Assembly (NCBI GenBank): GCA_944389535.1
Contig: CALXMS010000003.1
Location: forward strand, 39,419-103,418
Source: an uncultured Alphaproteobacteria bacterium
GTDB lineage: Bacteria > Pseudomonadota > Alphaproteobacteria > Rs-D84
Direction of reading: 5' to 3'
DNA: 64,000 nucleotides
A program made the translations under genes and the position numbers. This document shows positions 57,447 through 64,000 of the stretch, in pieces. A model generated the notes under the pieces. It did no database searches. It had not been told where the DNA came from and was given only the letters and a program-made list of their open reading frames with translations. Every line of letters begins with the position of its first letter. The stretch's first letter is position 1.

Positions 57447-58021
57447 TATAAATTCCACAGGTAATTAAACTGATTGGTAAATACTTTATTGGAAGATTGT
57501 TGAAAGAAAGTGCAGTTTTCTGCATTTGATTTACTGGCACTTTCTGTCCAATTATAAGAACCATTTTCTATATTCTTGCCGTCAAATATTGCGAATTTGT
57601 GGTGCATAATCTTATGCTTTACATTTGTTTTGACGGCTATTCCAGCATCAATCAGTTTAGATACCAGCGAATATTTACCCTTAGATTGTAATCTGTCTGT
57701 AATCACCCTGATTTTAGCCCCACGGTCTTTGGCAGTAATTAAAGCATCATACTTCCACTCAATATCGCCATATTCTGTAATTTGATTATCACCGATATAT
57801 ACATATTCTGTTTCAAAAGTCGCCTCAGCAGAGCCAAATAACCCGACAAAAGATTGCGACCCCATAATTCTGTTATTGCTATGCTTACCGTATAAAGAAT
57901 CTCGTTCTGTAAAGGTTTTAACAGCAACCCCTGAATAATCCGCCAGGTCTTTAATTTCAAACCCAAAGCAATAAATGGGCAAGCATAAGACGAACAGAAA
58001 AGCCAGTATTAGTTTTTTCAT
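57443..58021 (-). CDS. Secreted phospholipase-D-family (Nuc-like) endonuclease
   Basis: The signal peptide is MKKLILAFLFVLCLPIYCFG. The single HKD motif reads HHKFAIFDGKNIENGSYNWTESA. The size (about 170 aa mature) matches the Nuc subfamily. Confidence 0.7.
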   Translation of the reverse strand: MKKLILAFLFVLCLPIYCFGFEIKDLADYSGVAVKTFTERDSLYGKHSNNRIMGSQSFVGLFGSAEATFETEYVYIGDNQITEYGDIEWKYDALITAKDRGAKIRVITDRLQSKGKYSLVSKLIDAGIAVKTNVKHKIMHHKFAIFDGKNIENGSYNWTESASKSNAENCTFFQQSSNKVFTNQFNYLWNLY

Positions 58022-58192
58022 AATCGTGGATTAATTCCTTCAATGGATGTACAGGGATAATATCGTAAACATAGTGGGTAATCAAGATATCTAAAAATTT
58101 ATATAAACTAATAACATGTTGCACTAATATATTATGCTATAATATAATAAATATTATGAATAAACACCCATTAAATATAAACAGGATTTAAC

Positions 58193-59272
58193 ATGAAAAA
58201 ACTTGCTTTGGTATTATCTCTTTCATTACTAACCGCATGTGGCGGTGGTTCTGGCAACAGTGATTACAATACCCCAGGGGAAATATTTACACCTGAACAA
58301 CGCTTAGCCGCGGAAAGTAACGCTTATGTAACAGGTATGAAATCACATGTAATTATTGGTGGAAGCGATGCAACAGTTAATCCAAATGCACGCGCCACAA
58401 CAAGTGGTGGTCACGGTAACGGAAAATTATATGATCTGGAAAACGTTATATTTCAATCTGCAGATAAAGAGTTTAGTACCCCAGACGAAGATCTTACAAT
58501 AACCTTCGTTACAGATGACAACGGTAAAATTATCGCGGTCAAATCTATGGATGACGGAAGCGTTGATATTTTTGACCGTCATGATGATAAAAGCAACCGT
58601 TTTGACATTCCAGAAGAAAAGCTTCATGCACGTGTAAACCTGATTGGTAAACAATTGGGGCTGGCATATTCTGACTTTGGTTTCGTGCAAACATATAAAG
58701 ACTCAGATCCTGATAACCATATGTTCATAATGCCAATTGCGGGGGGGTATCAAGAGAAATTAGTTAAAGCTGAAGAATTAACAAAAGATATAACTTTTAA
58801 TGGCATTGCGATCGGATCTGTGGGTGAAGCCAATTCTAATGTAGAAGGCGAACGTCTTGACCTGTATGATAGCAATGCGACATTAGTTTTTAACAAAGAT
58901 ACAGGAACAGAAACGCTTACTGCTGATTTTACGGGTAAAAGTCATCAAAACGACCCATGGTATAAGGTTGTTGCCACGCGATATAATGACGGTGACGCAC
59001 AAATTGTGTTTACAGACGGTACAAACGTTGAAAACGATCGCTTTATGTTCCGTCAAGACGGTCAAACCGTTGAAAATTTTGATTCTGGGAAAGTTGTAAA
59101 TAACAGTCCAGAAAATAAGTTAAGCGTCGGCTTTGAATATTTTGGTGATAATAAAACAGCACAAGAATCAACCGGCATCATCTATTTTCAAAAATCCGAA
59201 ACCCAAGACGCGTCACAAGACCCCAACAAAATCGATTTTTACATGGGCTTTGGCGGTGTGGCAAAGAAATAA
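58193..59272 (+). CDS. Lipoprotein with a possible TbpB-like C-terminal beta-barrel domain (surface-lipoprotein type)
   Basis: The lipobox is LLTAC followed by GGGSGN, a Gly-rich linker like neisserial surface lipoproteins. The C-terminus reads ...IDFYMGFGGVAKK, which resembles the TbpB/fHbp-family endings ...FGAKK. Confidence 0.5.
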   Translation: MKKLALVLSLSLLTACGGGSGNSDYNTPGEIFTPEQRLAAESNAYVTGMKSHVIIGGSDATVNPNARATTSGGHGNGKLYDLENVIFQSADKEFSTPDEDLTITFVTDDNGKIIAVKSMDDGSVDIFDRHDDKSNRFDIPEEKLHARVNLIGKQLGLAYSDFGFVQTYKDSDPDNHMFIMPIAGGYQEKLVKAEELTKDITFNGIAIGSVGEANSNVEGERLDLYDSNATLVFNKDTGTETLTADFTGKSHQNDPWYKVVATRYNDGDAQIVFTDGTNVENDRFMFRQDGQTVENFDSGKVVNNSPENKLSVGFEYFGDNKTAQESTGIIYFQKSETQDASQDPNKIDFYMGFGGVAKK

Positions 59273-59368
59273 ATATAAAGAATTATATTTTGTATGTTTA
59301 GATTAAATTATAGATTTTTATTATCATAAATATTATAATAGGTCTAAACATCAAAGAGAGAAATCATC

Positions 59369-60091
59369 ATGATTGATAAGAAACTAAAAAGCATAATTAT
59401 AATTGCCCTAGCTTTTGTCTTAGCGGGGTTCTTTCCGGGATACTTTTATTACACTTCGCATATAAACAACAGAACTGTTACGGTCAAGGGCTTAGCAGAA
59501 ATGGACGTGAAAGCCGACCTTGCTTTCTGGAAAATAAAATTCAAAACAACAGGGAACGATCTTTTTGTAGCACAGCAAAAACTGAATACCGATTTGAATT
59601 TAATTACAGAATTTCTTAAAGAACAGGGATTTTCAGATGCAGAAATTGCGATTGAACGCATCAACACAAATGACTTAATGACGGATCCATATCGTTCTTC
59701 TCAACCCATTGATTCCAGATATATACTGGATCAGACAATTACTGTGCGCACACAAAATGTAGACTTAGTAGAATCCGCTTTAAGTAAAATTGGTTCGCTA
59801 GTCGCACAGGGGGTAATTTTTGATAATCAAAGTTATATGTCACCAGTTTCTTATTTATTTACAGGTTTAAACGAAATAAAACCGGCAATGTTAGAAGAAG
59901 CAACACAAAACGCAAGATTAGCGGCAGAGCAATTTGCAGAAAGTTCTAACAGTAAAGTCGGGAATATAAAAACAGCGAACCAAGGCGTTTTTTCTGTTCT
60001 GCCACGCGAACAAATTCCTGGTACTAATGAAAGCGAACAAATAAATAAAACTGTCAGGGTTGTTTCAACGATAGTTTACTATCTGAATTAA
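59369..60091 (+). CDS. SIMPL-domain (DUF541, YggE-like) protein
   Basis: There is an N-terminal TM or signal. RTVTVKGLAEMDVKADLAFWKIKFKTTGNDLFVAQQKLNTDLNLITEFLKEQGFSDAEI follows the SIMPL pattern. The length is 240 aa. Confidence 0.55.
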   Translation: MIDKKLKSIIIIALAFVLAGFFPGYFYYTSHINNRTVTVKGLAEMDVKADLAFWKIKFKTTGNDLFVAQQKLNTDLNLITEFLKEQGFSDAEIAIERINTNDLMTDPYRSSQPIDSRYILDQTITVRTQNVDLVESALSKIGSLVAQGVIFDNQSYMSPVSYLFTGLNEIKPAMLEEATQNARLAAEQFAESSNSKVGNIKTANQGVFSVLPREQIPGTNESEQINKTVRVVSTIVYYLN

Positions 60092-60093
60092 AA

Positions 60094-60116
60094 GGCCGCC
60101 GAAACGGCGGTTTTTA
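60094..60116 (+). terminator. Rho-independent terminator after the SIMPL-domain gene
   Basis: The stem ccgccg/cggcgg has an aaa loop and is followed by TTTTTATTT. Confidence 0.7.
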
Positions 60117-60173
60117 TTTAAATATTTTTTATAGATATCTTTCCTGTAGAATTATTTTGGTACTTATATAATA

Positions 60174-61268
60174 ATGTGTTACATGGAAGGGAGAAAATTA
60201 TTTTCTGCGCTGGTTATTATACTTAGCATATGCGCAAACAAAGCGAATGCCTGTACAGGTATCACTTTGACGTCTAAAGATAATGGTGTTGTGGCTGCTC
60301 GCACTATTGAATGGGGCGAATCAGAAATGGAAAATTTATACACCATTGTCCCGCGTGGTTACATTCAGCAATCAATGTTACCAAATGGTGAAACGGGTGG
60401 TATGGCCTTTTCAAGCATGTATGGGTACGTTGGTCTGGCTGTTGTAAAACCAGAATGGGTTGTTGACGGTATGAACGAAGCGGGTCTATCAGCGGGATTA
60501 TTTTATTTTCCAGGTTACGGGCAATACCCAGAATACAATCCAGAATATAAAGCAAATACAATATCTGACTTTCAATTAGTATCATGGATTTTATCCAGGT
60601 TTTCAACCGTTGATCAGGTTAAGGCGGCAATAAAAAATATTCGCGTAACAAGCATCGACCCACGTGCGTCAACCGCACATTGGCGGGTAACAGAACCATC
60701 TGGTAAACAGATAATCATCGAATTTGTAAATGGCAAAGCCAATGTATATGATAGCGAGCTTGGGGTATTAACAAATTCACCTGACTATCCATGGCAATTA
60801 AAAAATCTTAATAATTATGTAAACCTTGCACCTGGTACTGCTGGTCCAGTTGATTTTGGTAAAATAAAATTAACTGCTTTTGGTGCAGGCTCTGGTTTCC
60901 TTGGCTTACCTGGTGATTTTACACCCCCATCTCGATTCGTTCGCGCTTCTTTCTTGCAAACTTATTCAATACAACAAGACAAATCTTACGATTCGGTTTT
61001 ATTGGCATTTCATATATTAAATAACTTTGATGTTCCATTAGGAACGGAATTCCCCGTTGGTAAATATCCCGTAAATATGCCTTCTGCAACGCAATGGACG
61101 ATTGCTACAGATATGCACGATCGTATAGTTTACTATCATACAATGTACAACAGAACGTTACGTTCTATTGACTTAAATAAGATTGACTTTGCAACGGTAC
61201 CATTTCAATCTTACCCGTTAGATGAAAGTAAATCAGAAACAATAATTCCGGCAAGAGTGGATTTTTAA
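60174..61268 (+). CDS. Choloylglycine hydrolase / linear amide C-N hydrolase (Ntn-hydrolase) family protein, secreted
   Basis: The signal peptide ends ...NKANA. This is followed directly by CTGITLTSKDNGVVAARTIEWGE, where the Cys is the predicted N-terminal nucleophile, as in the bile-salt hydrolase and penicillin V acylase family. Confidence 0.65.
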   Translation: MCYMEGRKLFSALVIILSICANKANACTGITLTSKDNGVVAARTIEWGESEMENLYTIVPRGYIQQSMLPNGETGGMAFSSMYGYVGLAVVKPEWVVDGMNEAGLSAGLFYFPGYGQYPEYNPEYKANTISDFQLVSWILSRFSTVDQVKAAIKNIRVTSIDPRASTAHWRVTEPSGKQIIIEFVNGKANVYDSELGVLTNSPDYPWQLKNLNNYVNLAPGTAGPVDFGKIKLTAFGAGSGFLGLPGDFTPPSRFVRASFLQTYSIQQDKSYDSVLLAFHILNNFDVPLGTEFPVGKYPVNMPSATQWTIATDMHDRIVYYHTMYNRTLRSIDLNKIDFATVPFQSYPLDESKSETIIPARVDF

Positions 61269-61273
61269 ACACA

Positions 61274-61831
61274 TTACTGATTCACAAAATGTTTTCGTGA
61301 CTCATACAGTTTTAACCATTCAACCATGAAACCACACAAGGCAAACAACAATAACGCCAACTGTAAAATCACGCCCATAACATTGTGTAAGAAAACATTA
61401 TACACAATTAGTAACGAGTTAGTAATTACACCAGCGAATCGATAAAACAACAAATTCTTTTGCCATATAGCAATTGTAAAAATTGTTGTAGAAAAATACG
61501 GCAACATTGACAACAAACCATGTGCAGTTATCGCATTACCTATTGTAAGTAAACTAATCCATAACAACAATAACCAACGATCCGTATAAGTTGTTTTTTC
61601 TGCATCATTAAAATTTCGATGAGAATATAAATACTCGCTGGTTAGATCACGAGCAATAGCTATCATAGCCATAGCCACAGCAACATAACCGCCTAAAATA
61701 AGAAAACATATGGCGGATGACAGATTGCTCATAATCATTATAAATAATTGTACAGGACGTCTTTTAACAAAATATGTACATCCTTGAGCAACTAATGCAA
61801 TAGTTATAAAAATTTGACTGATAATATACAT
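61274..61831 (-). CDS. Integral membrane protein (5-6 TM), possibly YgjV-like
   Basis: The protein is 185 aa, hydrophobic and multi-span. No catalytic motif was found. Confidence 0.4.
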   Translation of the reverse strand: MYIISQIFITIALVAQGCTYFVKRRPVQLFIMIMSNLSSAICFLILGGYVAVAMAMIAIARDLTSEYLYSHRNFNDAEKTTYTDRWLLLLWISLLTIGNAITAHGLLSMLPYFSTTIFTIAIWQKNLLFYRFAGVITNSLLIVYNVFLHNVMGVILQLALLLFALCGFMVEWLKLYESRKHFVNQ

Positions 61832-61942
61832 TCTCTAAACATTATCAAAAATAACTATGGAATAGTTTTTAATACCAATTAACGAACTAATCAAGTATTT
61901 TACAAAAAAACGCCATTACCGGCGTTTTTTTATTACACGTAC

Positions 61943-63355
61943 TTAATTGGCAAAGAAACGATTATAAACTTTTTCATTAACTTTTATCGGATATTCACGA
62001 ATCAGAAAAGCGTTATAATCATCTATTATTTCCTGCGCAGCATTTTTTTCTAATTCTTTTCTTATATCTGCCATTTTTTTATCGTCCGGTGTCGCAGCAA
62101 TTTCTTTTTCTATATGCAAAACATAAAAAGAATTCTGGCCATTGACTATAGAATTATTACCTATTTCAGAATTAAACGCAGCATTAAGAACATCTATCGG
62201 CGCACCAGATGTACGCGTTACCGTAACTGTTTTCTTACCCTCCAAATTTCCTTCTTTATTTAGGTCAACCAATAATTCATTCGCACGAACATACGCCTGC
62301 TTACGCTGTTCAGCACGTTTCCAATCGTTTACCAAGTTCTTCTTTATGTCTTCAAATTCTGCGTTATGAGAAGGAATAATTTTATCTACGCGAACAATTA
62401 CAAAACCCCTTTTAGTTTCGATCAGTTCGCTTTCTAGTCCCTCTTCCATGTCAAATATACGTTTCATCATGTTATCTGTTAAAATTTCATCAACTGGTCT
62501 ATTTCCAGCATCAAACGTACCTAAAGAAACATACTTTGCATTATGACGAGACGCCGCAGCAGACATTGCATCACCAGCGATTATGTCATCTTCTACCAAT
62601 ATTGCGTTATCGTACGCATCATCATAGCTATCTGGTTTATCCATATCAGCAGGTATAAGAACGTATGATACTGTACGCTGTTCTGGTATTACATGCGGAT
62701 TTTGAGCATAGAAAGTACGCAATTGTTCATCTGTCGGTGCCCCTATTTTGAAATCATCGAAATCAACGGTTGTATAATCTATTTGCCGCTGACTATACCT
62801 TGCATCATATGCCGCCTGAACAGAAAAATCTGGCACATCAATCGGTAAAGACAAAGCACCCAAAACATATCCACGTAAAACCTGTCTACGTAAAACGTCT
62901 GCAAAAGAAGCTTCGCTATAACCGCTATTTGCTAGAACAGTATCAAACATATACGTAGAAAATTGTCCATCTAATTGAAATTCTGGAAAGTTACGAATTT
63001 CACGTGCAATCTGTGCATCTGAAACAACGAAACCTAAATCTTCGGCACGATTATCCGCCATCGCCTGCGTTGTCAAAGTAGACATAACTTTACTATTTAA
63101 TGCCTGAGTTAACGCTGGATCAGCATAAGTCGCCCGCTGTTGTTCACGAGTCATTTGTGCCAACTGACGATTTTTTTCTAAACTAAATTGCTGCATTGTT
63201 ACTTCTGCATCACCGACACGAACCAACGTGGTATCACCGGCTACATTGCCGAAAATCCATTCCGCCACTCCCCAACCTACGAAAGAAAAAGCCAAAATAC
63301 CAATCAATATTTTTGCGACTGGTTTATCTGCTGCGTTACGTAAATATTCTAGCAT
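61943..63355 (-). CDS. ppiD: Periplasmic chaperone and peptidyl-prolyl isomerase, PpiD-like (short form)
   Basis: The N-terminus reads MLEYLRNAADKPVAKILIGILAFSFVGWG, matching the PpiD anchor (compare MMDSLRTAANSLVLKIIFGIIIVSF). SurA_N-like and parvulin-like regions follow. The length is 470 aa. Confidence 0.7.
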   Translation of the reverse strand: MLEYLRNAADKPVAKILIGILAFSFVGWGVAEWIFGNVAGDTTLVRVGDAEVTMQQFSLEKNRQLAQMTREQQRATYADPALTQALNSKVMSTLTTQAMADNRAEDLGFVVSDAQIAREIRNFPEFQLDGQFSTYMFDTVLANSGYSEASFADVLRRQVLRGYVLGALSLPIDVPDFSVQAAYDARYSQRQIDYTTVDFDDFKIGAPTDEQLRTFYAQNPHVIPEQRTVSYVLIPADMDKPDSYDDAYDNAILVEDDIIAGDAMSAAASRHNAKYVSLGTFDAGNRPVDEILTDNMMKRIFDMEEGLESELIETKRGFVIVRVDKIIPSHNAEFEDIKKNLVNDWKRAEQRKQAYVRANELLVDLNKEGNLEGKKTVTVTRTSGAPIDVLNAAFNSEIGNNSIVNGQNSFYVLHIEKEIAATPDDKKMADIRKELEKNAAQEIIDDYNAFLIREYPIKVNEKVYNRFFAN

Positions 63356-63424
63356 TTAATCCCCTTTTGCGTTACCATAGCAAAACGATAGCGAAAAAAT
63401 CAATTAAAATAAAGGGGAAAAACA

Positions 63425-64000
63425 ATGAAAGTTATCGCAGGTAACTGGAAAATGAATGGAACGACGACGGGTTTAAAAGATATGATTTCCGCACTGCAAA
63501 ATGTAGACACAGAAAACAAAATTATACTATGCGTACCTTATACAATGTTAGGACTGGATAGTGGGCGTGCATTTTTGGGTGCTCAAGACGTCAGCACTCA
63601 CGATCATGGTGCTTACACTGGTGAAGTTTCTGCATCTATGATCGCAGATACCGGTGCAAAATATGTAATAGTCGGACACAGTGAAAGACGTCAATATCAT
63701 AGTGAAACAAACGATGTCGTACGACAGAAAGTTAGCGCTGCGTTATCCTTTGGTTTGACGCCAATCATATGTGTTGGTGAAACCATGGAAGAAAAACGGG
63801 CCGGAAAAACAATGGAAATAATAGAATCTGGTGTACGTGAATCGATACCCAATGACATTGATAAAGATATAATAGTTGCGTATGAACCACGTTGGGCCAT
63901 TGGTGCCGGTCTTACACCAACAACAGAAGAAATTACCGAAGCACATACTTTGATAGCAAACACATTATCATCTATGGGTTTATCAGGAACTCCGATTTTA
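63425..64000 (+). CDS. tpiA: Triosephosphate isomerase, N-terminal 192 codons. The gene continues past the window end.
   Basis: MKVIAGNWKMNG...VIVGHSERRQYH...AYEPRWAIGAG matches the TIM motifs. The SD AAAGGGGA lies upstream. No stop codon falls inside the window. Confidence 0.9.
   Translation, partial: MKVIAGNWKMNGTTTGLKDMISALQNVDTENKIILCVPYTMLGLDSGRAFLGAQDVSTHDHGAYTGEVSASMIADTGAKYVIVGHSERRQYHSETNDVVRQKVSAALSFGLTPIICVGETMEEKRAGKTMEIIESGVRESIPNDIDKDIIVAYEPRWAIGAGLTPTTEEITEAHTLIANTLSSMGLSGTPIL

Noticed and set aside
56538-58021. Possibility that the MTase plus the PLD-family nuclease form a type II restriction-modification system
   Set aside because: The nuclease has a clear N-terminal signal peptide, is Nuc-sized (no DNA-recognition domain) and is convergently oriented. 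It is more consistent with a periplasmic or secreted Nuc endonuclease than with a REase.
63697-63963. 88-aa minus-strand ORF
   Set aside because: It is antisense to the clearly conserved tpiA reading frame (NWKMNG, VGHSERR, AYEPRWAIGAG).
1-64000. CRISPR arrays, rRNA genes, IS elements or transposases, prophage or integrase genes
   Set aside because: I found no regularly spaced direct repeats. There are no rRNA-like conserved stretches. None of the translated frames shows a transposase or integrase DDE/tyrosine-recombinase motif.

Overview
The window reads as a stretch of an AT-rich alphaproteobacterial chromosome. Supporting this, it carries a clear CcrM-type GANTC adenine methyltransferase with the C-terminal DNA-binding extension, and conserved housekeeping genes dominate. 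These are: partial nifJ/PFOR, ctpA, tyrS, the rpsB-tsf operon, pth, polA, rpmB, N-domain-less clpB, rpsU, clpP-clpX, nrdR, slt, rnhB, pgk, recO, the rpsF-rpsR-rplI operon, infA, ppiD and partial tpiA. There are four tRNAs: Leu (apparent AAG anticodon), Leu-CAA, Ala-UGC and Gln-CUG. No rRNA, CRISPR array, IS element or prophage is evident.

Between these core genes sits a dense set of secreted and surface proteins. The main novelty is a four-member paralogous family of large (about 700-1080 aa), signal-peptide-bearing, cysteine-rich proteins that share an N-terminal signature, Y-x-x-C-M-D-(E/Q)-F-C-x(5-8)-C-x-C-S, and further conserved Cys-containing blocks. Two are tandem neighbours on the minus strand, two sit on the plus strand about 33 kb apart, and one small 235-aa protein shares one motif with them.

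Other accessory genes worth noting:
- a 20-residue leucine-rich-repeat protein
- a Fic-fold protein with a degenerate, Doc-like active-site motif, in an operon with an APH/protein-kinase-fold gene
- a subtilisin-like protease that may be an autotransporter
- a three-gene cluster of outer-membrane and secreted proteins
- a chlamydial-Pmp-like autotransporter with GGA(I/V) and FxxN repeats
- a MotA/MotB-like stator pair with no flagellar genes nearby
- an orphan EcoRI-methylase-like MTase next to tRNA-Gln, convergent with a secreted PLD-family nuclease
- a TbpB-like surface lipoprotein
- a protein with four tandem ~54-aa repeats

All calls come from reading the six-frame translations and the DNA by eye. 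Family assignments rest on recognisable motifs and should be confirmed by HMM and BLAST searches.
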